Shown: positions 14,141 through 27,463 of the stretch, piece after piece
Layout: every line of letters starts with the position of its first letter
How positions within the stretch are numbered: position 1 is the stretch's first letter
Assembly: GCF_009914755.1 (NCBI RefSeq)
Contig: NC_060926.1
Source of the DNA: the human T2T-CHM13v2.0 reference genome, Homo sapiens
Reading direction: 5' to 3' (one strand)
DNA: 64,000 nt
Notes under the pieces: generated by a model
Databases searched by the model: none
What the model saw: only the letters and a program-made list of their open reading frames with translations
What the model was told of the DNA's origin: nothing
Translations under genes and position numbers: made by a program

Positions 14141-15264
14141 GAAGGCAAGAGTTTATGAGCTGCCAGATCTCAGGCTTCTTTTGGGGGCAATGAGAGGATT
14201 CTGGACTGAAAGATGAAGGCGCCTCCTGCGCTGCCACATGGGAAGAGGGACCACTGGCTTTAGGGTGGGCTGCAGAGCCCCAGTGGTATGGTAAGGACGT
14301 AAAGCACTTTTCTCTTGACCCTTCATAGAAGCAACTTATCTCAGCCTTACTAGACCCTGAGGCCTAAAAGAGAGACTTCTATTGCCTGCTTTTATTGCTT
14401 TCTATGTCTGAGACCCAGAGAGGTCAACCCACTTGCCTGAGAACTTACAGCAAAGTAAGTCAAAGGCTGGAGGATTTTGTCTGGTGGGTTCGGGTTGCTT
14501 TGTGTTGTTGACTGCTAATTCACTGATGACCAAGATAGGAGGTTCACATTCTCGGGCCTCATTCATTCTCTGCGTGGCCAGTACCCAGCTGGACACTTCC
14601 TGGGAGGCACCAAAGACAGAGGAACTCATGGCGGCGAGAGAAGATGCTTGGACTCTGTGACTGCAAGAGTGGCCACCAGGCAGAGCGTCGCTACTTGCCT
14701 CTAATGTCTGCTCCCTAAAAGCTAGACATGTCAGTCAAGGGACTCCAGGAGGAAAATGGGGCAGTTTGTGATGGCAATAAGTAAAAAACTGAAGCAGATG
14801 AAATCAGCTCTGCTAAACCCCCTCTTTTTCTCAAATACCTTAAAAACAAGCCCTACGTCTGCTCAGTGCTTTCCAATTTACCAAGTGTTTTCATAACATT
14901 ATCTCATTTCATTCTCACTTCAACCCACACACATTCTTGCCTTTTAGATTTCTTATGTACGCAAATGAGTTTCACCGAAAAATTGGCTAGAAACTTCCCT
15001 TCTCCTACTCACTGTCTTTTTTTAACCCCAAGCCTTTGACTATCTTTAAGAAGCTCCCAGATTCCCAGGGTGAGAAAATTGTTTATCCTGCCAGCCCTGC
15101 CCTCCTGGATGGATCCCAGTGGTCTTTGCTATTGGAACCAGAGGTTTTGTATTCAGTTCATAGTGTAGCTGTGAAAACAAACAAAACCACAGAGGCATGG
15201 TAAGTGTGGTATGGTGGGGAAAACATCAGCTCTGGAAACAGCAAGCCTCAGAGTCACATTTTGG

Positions 15265-15567
15265 GTTTTTTTTTTTTTTTTTTTAGATGGAATCTCACTC
15301 TGTCCCCCAGGCTGGAATGTAGTGGCGCGATCTCGGCTCACTGCAACCTCCGTCTCCTGGGTTCAAGCGATTCTTCTGCCTCTCAGCCTCCCAAGTAGTT
15401 GGGGTTACAGACACCCACTACAACGCCTGGCTAATTTCTGTATTTTTAGTAGAGGTGGCGTTTTACCATGTTGGCCAGGCTGGTCTCGAACTCCTGACCT
15501 CAAGTGATCTGCCCACCTAGGCCTCCCAAACTGCTGGGATTATAGGCATGAGCCACCGCACCCTGCC
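15265..15567 (-). mobile_element. Alu (AluS-like)
   Basis: Full reverse Alu; 16-bp TSD cagagtcacattttgg at 15249 and 15568. Confidence 0.95.
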
Positions 15568-15905
15568 CAGAGTCACATTTTGGTTCAGCCATTTGAGAGC
15601 CACGTGGCCACGGCCAAGGTAGTTAACTTATCAGAGCTTCTGTTTCTTTGTCTATGAAGTGGGGGCAATCTGCCTCTGTCTAAGATTGTTGTCAGGCATA
15701 AGTGTAGTAAGAAATACCAGGGTATCTCAGCAAGTGTGGCCCCTTCCCTTCTTCTATTTTCCTCCCCAGGGTCAAATAGCTACTTTGTAAGGTCCCTTAT
15801 TAGTAACCAAAATACCAGCTTCACCATCATTAGGCAAAATAAATGCAATACTGTCTTTTTGCAAGCCAGAGGGAGATAAGAAGTGGGAATGTGTTGCTTA
15901 ATGAT

Positions 15906-16197
15906 CTTTTTCTTTGAGACAGGGTCTTGCTCTGTTGCCCAGGCTGGAGTGCAGTGACGTGATCATGGCTCACTACAACCTCTGCCTCCGGGGGCTCAAG
16001 CGATCCTCCCACCTCAGCCTCCTGAGAAGCTGGGACTACAAGTGTGCGCTGCCATGCCCGGCTAATTTTTTAGTTTTTGTAGAGTCAGGGTTGCACCGTG
16101 TTGCCCAGGCTGGTCTCAAACTCCTGAGCTCAAGCAATCCTTCTGCCTCAGCCCCCTGAAGTGCTGAGATTATAGGTATGACCCACTGCACCCGGCT
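15906..16197 (-). mobile_element. Alu (AluJ-like)
   Basis: Reverse Alu with J-type ctcaagcgatcctcccacctcagcc / ctcctgagctcaagcaatcc. Confidence 0.92.
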
Positions 16198-16629
16198 GCT
16201 AAATGAATTTATATGGAGACTTTTTTTTTAACTAGATGAATGAACTCGCTACCTGTCCTGCATACACAGCATCCTTGCAGCTGAGATAACTCTAATAATA
16301 TCTTAAGCTCATTACCTTTATTTTTTTTTTAATTTGTATTTTAGGTAGGTAAGAGAAGGTGCTGGCAAAATGGATGTATGTAATGTCAGAAAGCAAGGCA
16401 ATTCTGATTACACCTGGATTCTATTGAAGCAGAATTGCAATTCAACTCTTTAGTCTCCAAAGACAAAGACGGGAGAAGGGAGGGAGTGCAGAGGCTCTGA
16501 CTGGGTAATTAGTTCACTGATCTGCATCTAGTAGATGTTCAATAAATGTTGGTGATGGACTGTGGTGGTTTACAGAGTCCAGACGTTGTGTTTGACCTTT
16601 GCTGCTGACTTCTTGGCAAATGCAGTGCA

Positions 16630-17150
16630 AGACGCAGTGTTAAAGTGGAAAGAACATCTGACCAGCAGTCTGAAGACCTGCGTTAGGTTCCATCTATACC
16701 ACTTAATAGCCTGGTGACCTTGGACATGCCATTTAATCTCTTAGGTGTCTTCTCACCTGTAAAACGAGGAGACTGGGACAAGGTGATTTGGAAGGTCTCG
16801 TTCAGCTCTAAGGTTCTGGGGCTCTAAGTAACTTCATTCGCTTGTGTTTCTGTTTCTTCATTTATTCAAAGGCAGTAGGGACAGAAACCTATCTCATAGG
16901 ATATTGGGAAGAAATGGTCAGTGTGCATGTTGAAATACTCTGTATCTTTAGAGATATGAAGGAAAGGCAGTCAGCCAGAGCTATGTTAACAGAAGGGGAA
17001 GCTGAGTATGCCTACAACCTCTGAGTTCCAGGCCCAGCTCAACCACTTTCCGGCTGTGTGATCTTTGGCAAGCCTCCTAATTTATTTCGGCCTCAGTTTA
17101 CATATCTGTGAACTGAGGACCATAAGTTGTGCTATGTTAACCTTATCACA
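16630..17150. mobile_element. MIR fragments
   Basis: gtgaccttggacatgccatttaatctct...cacctgtaaaa; ctgtgtgatctttggcaag...gcctcagtttacatatctgtgaa. Confidence 0.65.
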
Positions 17151-17289
17151 TTCTTTTGAAAGCCAAGACAATGAAATGCTTCAAAAAAAAAAAAAAAAAC
17201 CTGCAAGGCATCATATAGACTAGTATAACTGAGAAATGGCATGCTAGTTATGGTTGCATCAAAGCTTAGCCCCACGCCTCCCATATTTT

Positions 17290-17622
<333 letters not shown>

Positions 17623-19687
17623 TGAATGGATGTGTCACTGTGATTCCAGAGGAGAAACAGAAAATGCAGACTGGGGATCACAACCCCAGGCTTATTTCTA
17701 TTTTAACTTACTGACAGAGATGAACTTTAGCTAAAATGGGCATTAATAAGTTTCTCAAAGAGTAGGCCTCAGGTAATTCCCTCAATGCACTCCAATGTAG
17801 AGGATTTTTCCAGAGGCCAGATAACAGCTGGTGGAGGCCTTACTCCCCACCCTCTTCTCCAAAATGAGGCCATTTTGACATTTAGATATTTGGGAAAATG
17901 GGGAGGGAGGGAAATAGCTTTCTGAGTTTTGAAAGCTTCACATGGCAATAATCACAAACACATAAAGTGTGTCTGTTATGTGTAAAAGTGGCGCAACAGT
18001 CTTTGATCCCAGCCTCACCAGAGATTGCTACTGGGAAGAAGTGGCAGAAGGCTTCATCCTGCCCACCCGGGGTCTAGCCCAGACATTTTCCTCTGAGTGC
18101 CTGGAAGTCTCAGCCTGGAAACTAGCTCTCCAAGCATTGGCGTCTCCTGTGGCTGCCTAGATGACAATGTGCCACACCTGGCTAGTGACACTGAGAAGCT
18201 TCCCCACCCTCTGTGCAGGACATCAACAATAACCCCATCCCTGCAGCATCTCCCGTTTAGCCCCTCCATCAGGCAACACCCCCAGAGGAAGAGAATGCGT
18301 TTAGCTTGGGAGGTGGGGGAATTTCTCTGGTTGGAGGGGGCAGCCAGGGGCTTGTCATGAAGCTGTGTTTTCATAGGAAGCACACTATTTTAACTCAGGT
18401 TGTACATATAAGCATATAAGTGATTGAAAATAGCCCAGTTATTTTTAAATAAATTATTCTCATCAATTCTTATAATTTTTGTTTGGGCTGGTTTTGCGGG
18501 GACTGATGAAAATTATGAGGGTCTTCTCTCACGGCTTCCTTCAGGGTCCTACCCCTGTCGAACCTTCGCCATTAATTCTGTCATCCTTTTGCCTGAGATA
18601 AGCTATGCGTTTCCACTTTCAAGCACATATATACGGATTCAATACACTCACTGCCTTTCTTTTAAAAAGCTGATTCACTTCAAAGCCAATTTAATTTTGC
18701 TTAGTTTTTGATCTCCCCGCGCCCCCTTTCCTCAGCCCCTATACACAGGTAGGTGAGGGTTCTAAAGCCATTTTACAGGCGTGATTGAAGCGGAGGCCAC
18801 AGAGCGGCAGCGCTGGGTCCCGAGTGAGACTCCCATCATGTGGCTCTGGGGGGCTGCGCAGCTTTGACTGCCTGGACAGACGCCCAGAGCTGCAATTCCT
18901 GGGCAGTGTGGGAGGCGTTCGGCTAAAGCTCTTTGTTTCTGCTGTCATGAGCGACTCCTCGGAGAAGACGTGGGAGTCAAGGATGGGGGGCGGCGTGCAC
19001 ACCGCCCGCCCACACCTTCTGCCCCCGCTGCAGACCGGGCGTATGTGTGTCTCCAATGGAAAAATCCTACCCAGGACGACACCACATCCTTGCTCCCACA
19101 AATAAAACCTTCCACGGAACTCAGGGCTGCAGACCAGCCCTTCGCAAGCCAACGCGCCCCGTGGGCACTCGGTCCCCCGGCTCCGCGTCTCTGCCACCTT
19201 CCCACCGCTTCTTCTTTAACCATGCTCTTGTTTCCCCTCGCTGATCGCAAGGCTGCGGGCGAGGATTCCAGAGAGAGGCCTAGTATGGGGAACAAACGCT
19301 TCAGAGGGGTCCGAGGTGGGCTGGGGACAGCCAGTGGATGGGAAGGAGGGCGCTGGCGCCGGGCGGCTGGGGTGGAGGAGTGGCGGGTGCCCTACCCCGG
19401 CGCAGAGCAGCCGCCGAGCTGTCATGTCCCGAGCGGCCCCCGCGCCCTCCTTGCGCCCACCTCCGCCGCGCTGGAGTTCGGGGTGTGCGTGGAGGGGGCT
19501 GTGAGCGGGAAGCGGCGCGGACGCGGAGTCCGGGCCGGTGCGAGTGAGCGCGTGTGCGCGTGGGAGAGCGGCGGGAGGGGGCCGGGCTCGCAGCCGCAGC
19601 GAACCACGGCCCCGGGAGCAGAGCCGAGCGCGCCCCCGAGCCGCCGCCCGCCGGAGCTGCGAGCGCTGAAGCCATTCATGATTTTGG

Positions 19688-19761
19688 TGACGTTATTCCA
19701 GGAGTGGGCGAGGGAGGGCGGGGCCTCTCGGGGCCAAGCCCCGCCCCCGCCCCTATAAATA
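19688..19761 (+). promoter_or_regulatory. LBH: LBH core promoter: CRE-like site, GC boxes, TATA box
   Basis: TGACGTTA 19688-19695; GGGCGGGG 19716-19723; CCCCGCCCCCGCCCC 19739-19753; TATAAATA 19754-19761. TSS inferred at ~19785-19790. Confidence 0.88.
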
Positions 19762-19989
19762 CGGCTTCCCGGGCTCTTTGTGGGGCTGAGTGCTCAGTGG
19801 AGAGCGGGGAGTTGTGTCCACCTTGCCGACGTCGCTAGCCGTGGGGCTGTCCTGGGAAGGCGGACGGCGAGCGCCCGGTGTCCGCACTCGGCCGCCTGCC
19901 GTGCCCGTCTGCGCCCGTGTCATCCTCACTCGGGACGCAGGGACCGTTTTTAAATCACAGGGGCGTGTGTCAGCCTGCCCTAGGACTTC

Positions 19990-20015
19990 ATGTCTATATA
20001 TTTCCCCATTCACTG
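19990..20015 (+). CDS. LBH: LBH coding exon 1 (MSIYFPIH + first 2 nt of Cys9)
   Basis: ATG at 19990 preceded by in-frame TAG at 19981; no upstream ATG in the inferred 5'UTR; donor TG|GTGAGT at 20016. Confidence 0.95.
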
Positions 20016-22655
20016 GTGAGTACCCTGCGCCTGCGGCGGGCGTCTGTCTCGCGGCGGTGGCTGCGGGCCCGGGCGCCTGCTTCGTGCCGGCTCCGGGTGC
20101 GAGGGCAGCCGGCGGCGCGGGCGCTCAGCGCTAACCCGCCGCCCGAGCCCGTGCAGGAGTCAACGTCAAGGTTGCAAAGGTGGGGGTGGGGGGAGGGGGT
20201 GCTGAGAACATCCAGACAAAGGACGTGAACTCGGAGCCCTCACCTAAGTGACGGCCGGAGGGTTTGTATTGGTTGGCGGGGGAGCCAGGGGTCACGTGTG
20301 AATCCCCCCCAATGAAACCACCCTATGCGGAGAGCTGCAGGAGGCGCGCGCCCCACTTGGCGCAGGGGGGCTCCTGCTCTTCCCGGGCCCCTCCTCTTTT
20401 TCTTTTTGTTTGCATGCAAGTCTCAACGTCGAGGCCGGCAGCAGCGGGGCTGAGCTGGTGCGGCCGCAGGGTTTGCAGAGCTCCGGGGGGGTGGGGGGCG
20501 GGAAACGCTCTCCCCACACGTAACCCCACTAAAGCCACAAGCAGCAGGGCACGCGCTGCAGCCTCTCAACCCCTGCCCTCTCCACCGCCCCTAAAAACCG
20601 ACGCACATTGGTGGGGGCCGGGACTGGGAGGAGCCGCCTTCGCCGTGCTGAAGGGGAAGGAGCCCGGGCCGGGCGCGGGGCGTCGGAGGTTTGCCCCGGA
20701 CTGGGGATCGGAGCCGGGAGGGATGCAGAGAGAGGCAGGCCCCTGACTGCTGGGACTTCCTTGCTGGCAGTTTCTTCCTTCCTGCTCTGGGTTAGAGGAG
20801 AAGCGGCCGGGGGCGAGCGCCGGCAGCCCCGGAGCGCGCTCTCAGGTGCGGACGTGGGGAGCTCGGCCCCGAGTCTCCGGCAGGCGCTGAGCGAAGGGAA
20901 AACCGGCGCAAGCCGCGGCGGGGTCCGGCCTGGCCCAAGAAGCGGAAAGTTCATGCTTCTCGCTTCAACTTTTCGGGCCGGCGCCACAGCCCCGAGCGAG
21001 GAAGAGCCGCCCCTACGTCAGACTCTTCACCCTGCGTGCGCTCTTCTGGCTCCTTTCTTTGGAGGTCGCCAGCAGCCTTTCCAAGACCCGGGAGGAAACT
21101 GCCTTTGCAGGGCCCAGCTCCCGAACCTAAACTTGCCGCAAAGCCCCGCATCTTCTGTTAGTCTCCCTGCCCCCATCCGTCCCAGCCTGGCAGTGTTTAG
21201 AGAGGGGACTGAACTTCCCTCTCTCAACAGTTCAAGTTCCCCCACCCCGAGGCTTGTGTACCCTTCTTGTGGGTGCCCCTCCCTTGCCTCTCCCGTGGTG
21301 TGTGAGCAGCTAGGTGCCTTATTATAGGTGAAGCTTTGAAGGCTGTTGGAGGCTTTGTGCCTTTGGCTGCTCAAAATTTGCCAAGGTGGGTGTTTGGACC
21401 CATTAAGAATATTATGAGAAATTAAGGTTTAAGTTTATTTCATCGATTAGCACTTTGCAGCTTGCAGTGCTTTTATGCAGACATTAGCCCTTAACCTAAC
21501 TGTGAGTTATGCACTATTAGCATCAGAGTAACAGACAAACAGGACACTTGTGGCTCAGAGAAGTTACAGGACCTGTTCAAGATCACACAGTTCTTGAGGG
21601 GCAGAGCCTAGAACCTATTGCTTCTGTTTCTAAATCCAGTGTCATTTCTTATCTATGTAGTAACCATACAATTGAAGAGGCATCTGGTACCCCTGTTTCC
21701 TTAGATACTGTCCCTCAAAAGACTCCTCCATATTTTTGTTTTAAACCATGTGCACAGGCACGATGGTGGAAAGCATTGGGTGCTGTGTAGCAGGTACCTG
21801 TATTTGGTGCTTATGTTCAGCATTATGTGCACGGGATCCTGTATGTGCCCAGAGTTTGTGCAAGGATAAGGGAATATTCGTATCCTGCTTAGAGAGTACA
21901 AGGCACTTTCACATGTCAGCCATTGGTGGGCCAGCTTGGCCCCTCTGGAAATTTCCTTTGCAGTCAGAGTCGGGTATCCTTAAGGCTTTTAATCCAGGGG
22001 ATGTTTTTCAAGCTGTGAGCATGCAGCTGCTGTGTCTGGGGCTAGAGAAAGGGGATGGATGGCAGATGTGAAACTTGCAGAAAAGCTGACCCCTTGGGGC
22101 TTTAAGTGGAACATTTTGCCAAAAGGAGCACCAGAGAGACAAATTTAGGAAAGCTGTATGATTGGACTTTGTTTCCCTCCAGTTGACCTGTTATTGTTAT
22201 TGTGTATTAATAATATATAGAGTTCCCCTTTGGAAAGTTCATGTGAGGATTATTTTTATTCTTAGTTGGAGAAGTGAAGGGAGATGTGGTTGAATTGGTT
22301 TTAATATAGACAGATGGACTCAGCTACCTACTGTTTTGGTTTCTCTGGTTCTGTCATTTAAAGAAACATTCAGGGTCCCTCTGTGCCAGTGGGGACTAGA
22401 GTACAGGAGAGGAGGGAAGAGGTTTGCCAGAGAGGTCTGCAGACAATGGGCTTTGTCTGTTGCGGCTGAGCCCTGGGGCTGTGGGCTTGCAAGGCGCTTC
22501 CTCAGGGTGTGAGCTTGTTTTGCTGCAAGTTCTGTTTTGAACACCTCTCTTCCTGTCTCCAGACAGTCCCCTGATCCCACAGCAGTGAATGCATGAAGAG
22601 TTAGGAATGTGAAAGCGCGTGTGTTTGTTGACTTTTGGTCTGGGTTTCTTGGCAG

Positions 22656-22758
22656 CCCCGACTATCTGAGATCGGCCAAGATGACTGAGGTGATGATGAA
22701 CACCCAGCCCATGGAGGAGATCGGCCTCAGCCCCCGCAAGGATGGCCTTTCCTACCAG
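22656..22758 (+). CDS. LBH: LBH coding exon 2 (C-PDYLRSAKMTEVMMNTQPMEEIGLSPRKDGLSYQ)
   Basis: Acceptor ttcttggcAG|C; donor CAG|GTGAGT; 26+103 nt = 43 codons in frame; peptide recognised as LBH. Confidence 0.97.
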
Positions 22759-22829
22759 GTGAGTAAGTCCTGGCTCCCCTCTGACTCTCTAGAGCCTAGT
22801 GGTTTTTGCTGGGGGTGAGGACAGACTTG

Positions 22830-23040
22830 GTTTTGCATCCCAGTGCCACATATAAGAGCTGTGGGACTGTGGCAGAGTCCCCTAATGCCAGTAAGCCTCA
22901 GTTTCTTCATCTGTAAAATGGGGCAACAATCGTCCTTATCTCCTAGGATTGTGGTAAAGATTCACCATGACAAGTGGATGTGTAGGAAGCATTCCTAGTG
23001 TCTGGGACAGATAAGGGCTCAGCAAGCATTAGCCATTGTG
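22830..23040 (+). mobile_element. MIR
   Basis: aagcctcagtttcttcatctgtaaaatgggg core. Confidence 0.8.
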
Positions 23041-26000
23041 ATGAATTGACCCTACTGGCTCTGTGAACTTTGCCATTCACCGCAGCAAAGGAGGAAATGA
23101 TTTGTTTAGTCGATTGAGACCAGAACTTTCCTTCCCAGCCATGCCTGGGGTAGTAGAAGCATTGCTGTCGGGGGCTTCTGCAGAAGGGTGGTCTGGTGGG
23201 GATAGCCATGTCCAATGCTGCTTTCTTCCTTGGGTTGATTATTGACCTGTTGATTCAGAGTTAACATTCAAACCACTTAGAGAGGAAGATATTTTCCCCA
23301 AAGGGAGGCTAGCTCAGGGATGCTATTGCTGGGATCTTGCTTGGAGATCATCCTGTCTGGTGGATCCAAAATGCACAAGGATCACAAAAAGGGACCAGAG
23401 TGAGCCCTCTGGACTCTTACCCCAGCCCTCTCTCTGGCTTGCCCTGCTGCCTCTCTACTGCCCCTGGGTTGGGGGTGGGAGCAATGGAGCACCTGCAGTT
23501 CCCTCTGGGCTGTGAGCTGGTTTGGGGTTTTGGAGGAGAGTTCCTATGTTGTTAAACTGGGGGGAGGGAGGAGTCTCTTCTTAAGGAAGACCTTGGAGCT
23601 AGGGAAGTTGTGTAGGATGGCCAGCCCAGGGAAGTCGAAAGGGAGTGTGATGGGTCCATGGGTCCGTGCTACAGACATGAAGGTATGCCCACTGCACGCC
23701 AAGCACTCTACAGACGCTGCCTTGCTCACATCTTACCACAGCTCCCAGGCGGGGATCCTCACCCTGTTCACAGATGAGGAAATGGCTCAGCCTGAGTCAG
23801 TGACTTGGGTCTGTCTAACCCCAGAGCCTTGTTCTTCTGATGTATTGTGTGTCCACACCATGGCTTGGTTCCGCTAGGGTCTAGGTTGACTCTGGCTGGT
23901 CATTCCTTAGAACTGTTCCAGGGACATTTATTTTGTAAATTAAAAAAAAAAAAAATCAAATAGAAAGCCAGGGAGCCAGGGTGGGTGCCATGGAGGGAAA
24001 GTAATCAGATAGAACCAAGCTAAAAGTTCAGGCAGGGTCACTTAACTTCAGACATGCTTGGGAGGCTAAGGAGGCCCCTTTGTGTTGTCTATATTGGCAG
24101 GCCTGTCTTGAAATAAGTAGCCATTAGCTTGAAGGGGGTGTGTGGAGCAAGGGGGAACTCTCTTTGCTACGTTTGACTTTTCTACCCTCCTCCCCCAGAG
24201 TGGGTCTGAGGAAGACAATTGAGGGCCCCTCAACCTGGTGGGAGGGGTAGAAGTTTCCTGGCCCACCAGCCAGGGGGTTTTGGGTAGCAGTTTCCAAGCC
24301 CCTGAGTCAGAATGAATCTCTTTGTGGTTACAGGTGAGGTTCTCTTTCGGTTCTGGGTTTTAGATTTCCATCACAGAACCTTTCCAAATGCAGTCATCTG
24401 TTCATCTTGTGTGTGCTTTTCATATTTTCCTTTTAAATACATCCCAGGATAAAGGGCCAGGCCCTATAGGGCCGTTTTCTCAATGCTTCGAGTCCTTCAG
24501 GCCATTCTGCTGGACCTGAGACTCAGGGCAGGTGGTGAGGGAGGAAGGAGCTGGGGGAGGAAGGCCAACCTGGGGCTGCAAGGGCAGCAGGAAAATAAAA
24601 TCACCTCTGGGTGCCTGACACATCTCAGCACTGCCTGAGCAAAGGATCCACACATCTTCCCTTGTGGTGCTGGACTGAGGGCCCAGTTCTCAGAGCCCCC
24701 TCCCAGGAAATCTGTTTCTGCTACCTTGGTGGGGACCACTCCCCAGTTCCAAAATATCTTACTTGGAACTTCAGAGCACTCTGGTCACAATTTTTCACAG
24801 CTTTTCTGATTTCAGAAAGGTCTCTTGGTTGCCTGGTGAAGAGGAAAGGGAGATTGTAGTATTTAACCAAGCAACATTTAGGGGCACTTTCCCTGTGCAA
24901 CCTGCTGTGCTGGCCTCTGTGCCCAGGGTCCAGGGCCCTTGTAAGAACCCAGCATCTACATAAACATCTGGAACACAGGTGGTGCAGTCAGTCCAGGTGG
25001 GGGACATACAGAAGCTACAGTGAGTCCAGGCATCGACAGCAACAATGAAATCCAGCCGACAGAATCAGAGGGAGGGCAGACTGGGGCTGGGCTCTGAAAG
25101 AAAATTAGGACTTTGAGAGGGCAGTTCCATCTCTAAGGTAATGTTCTTGCACCTTCAGATACCCCTGGGCTTGCCCCTGTTTATGCCAGGGGGATAGGGC
25201 TGTGCAGTGAGCTGGTCTGACCATTGCGGTGTGACAGATATTCTCCGGGCCCACTCAAAGCTAGTGCCGTCCAATTAGACACATTCCCACCAGAGCTCTG
25301 GGGATTGGCTGGGACTGGCACTTGGCTGGAGCCCCTTCCCTTTGCATGCTCAGGCTCGGCTCAGGCCTGGGGGCAGGGGATCTCGGAGCTCTGTTCTTGG
25401 CGTTCCTCCTAAGGATAATAATAGTACGTGGCTTTTACTGAGACCTGCTTTTCTAAGGAACTGAGAGTGGGAAGGAGACATCAATCCAGACTTGGCAGAT
25501 GAAATAGGATCTCAGGCTTGTGATTTGACCTTGAAAGAAAGTCATCAAGTAAATGGCACATTGGACTTTGTCAGTCACTTCACTGCCTTGCAGATCTATC
25601 GAGAGTGAAGCTTTCCTGATTTCTCTGTACCAGCTGTGACGTTTCTTTTAATGCCTGTGGCATTTTGTACTTGCCAATGATGCCGCTTCGAGGATACGGG
25701 TCCTGTTTTACCTTCTCTTTGCCCAGGTCCTTGAAGGCAAGGGAGGACTTATCTTCATCTTTGTACCCTGCCCCCACCCAAGGTGCCTAAGTGCTAAAAG
25801 TGGGTGGTGGTTGTTTCCATGAAGTTGAGTCTCCTGATTCTAAAGCTGGTCACCTTCTCTTCTGCCTTAGCTTCTGGAAAGGGCCTCCTCACGCTCATGC
25901 CTACCAAGGTTTCAGATAGATGCCCTTTTAATCCCCTGAAAGATTCAAGGAAGCCCCAGCTACTGGTCCTGGGGCAGTTAGGGCTGTGTTGTGAGCCAGT

Positions 26001-26943
26001 GCCTTGTTTTGTAGTAACATTCATTTGGAGAGGCAGTTCAGTAAGGGAAATCCACGTGTGCACATTCACTTAACATGAATTGTGACACCCTGTGGGGTGG
26101 GTGAGTAAATGGTTGCTAGAAAGTCTGAGTACATTTTGGGCAGGCAGGCTGTGGGTGGCGGCCAGCTCACCAGCTGAGTGGGGAGGGTCTCCAGCAGGAT
26201 GTTGATGTCCCTGATGGCAGCAGCTCCCTCCCCACTTCCATCCAGCCTGTGGAACAGGAATTTCTGCTGCCCAGTGCCTTCTTCCTTACCCTAATTCAAG
26301 GAAGCAAGTCAGCAGCTGCTTCTTTGGCTCCAGGGACTCTAAAAATATGGTGTTAGGGAATGCCTCTGCGACTGGGTCTCCTTCGATGCTGTGCCCGACT
26401 TGGCCTGGGCTCTGTCTGGGGAAGGGTCTTGGGAATTTGCCTGTGGGCACCGACACTGCCTCCACCCAACGGCACTGGGACCCTGGCCTTGCTACTCTAA
26501 CTTCCTCAGCACAGCAGCCGAGGCGTCTACAGTTTCATCACCCCAGCTAAGGTCCAGATACAGATGTGGCTCCTTGGTTTTCATTTAAAACTTCCTTCTA
26601 AAGCACCTGGACCAAGGTCTGAACACATCATCCTTCTCCAGGCTCTTTAAATTTCTCTAATCAGCACACGTCCCTTCCTGGCTGCCCCTTGTATTCTTTC
26701 TGCTTTTATTCTTGGTCATGTCCCCACCATTTGACATCCATCTGTCAGTCAGGCAAGCGAGGGAGGATGCTCTGGGAGGGAGGAAGCCAGGAGGAGCGAT
26801 TTCTTCACACACCACAGTGCTTGTGTGCACCACACATTCCCTTTGATAAACAGAGCTGAGAGCTTCCTGCATCTTCCCCTTCATTCCCCAGGTGGGAGGG
26901 AGTGATGTCCTAGTGCTTTCTATGGTAGGGAAGAGCAGGCTAG

Positions 26944-27463
<520 letters not shown>

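Larger units (their letters stand above)
18780..21130. promoter_or_regulatory. LBH: CpG island spanning LBH promoter, exon 1 and first ~1.1 kb of intron 1
   Basis: Very high GC content and CpG density relative to CpG-depleted flanks; boundaries judged by eye. Confidence 0.92.

Noticed and set aside
18970-19758. 262-aa ORF, plus other long overlapping ORFs at 18.7-21.4 kb including 20608-21327
   Set aside because: GC-rich CpG island lacks stop codons; the longest start at GTG/TTG, composition is R/G/A/P-biased, and no domain is recognisable.
22656-22758. Exon 2 circRNA driven by flanking inverted Alus
   Set aside because: I found no Alu in intron 1, so there is no Alu pair bracketing the exon.
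22609-22818. 69-aa ORF containing MTEVMM
   Set aside because: It is LBH exon 2 plus intronic open-frame flanks; strong splice sites delimit the real exon.
24460-24473. Perfect 14-bp palindrome ggccctatagggcc
   Set aside because: A few such palindromes are expected by chance in 64 kb.
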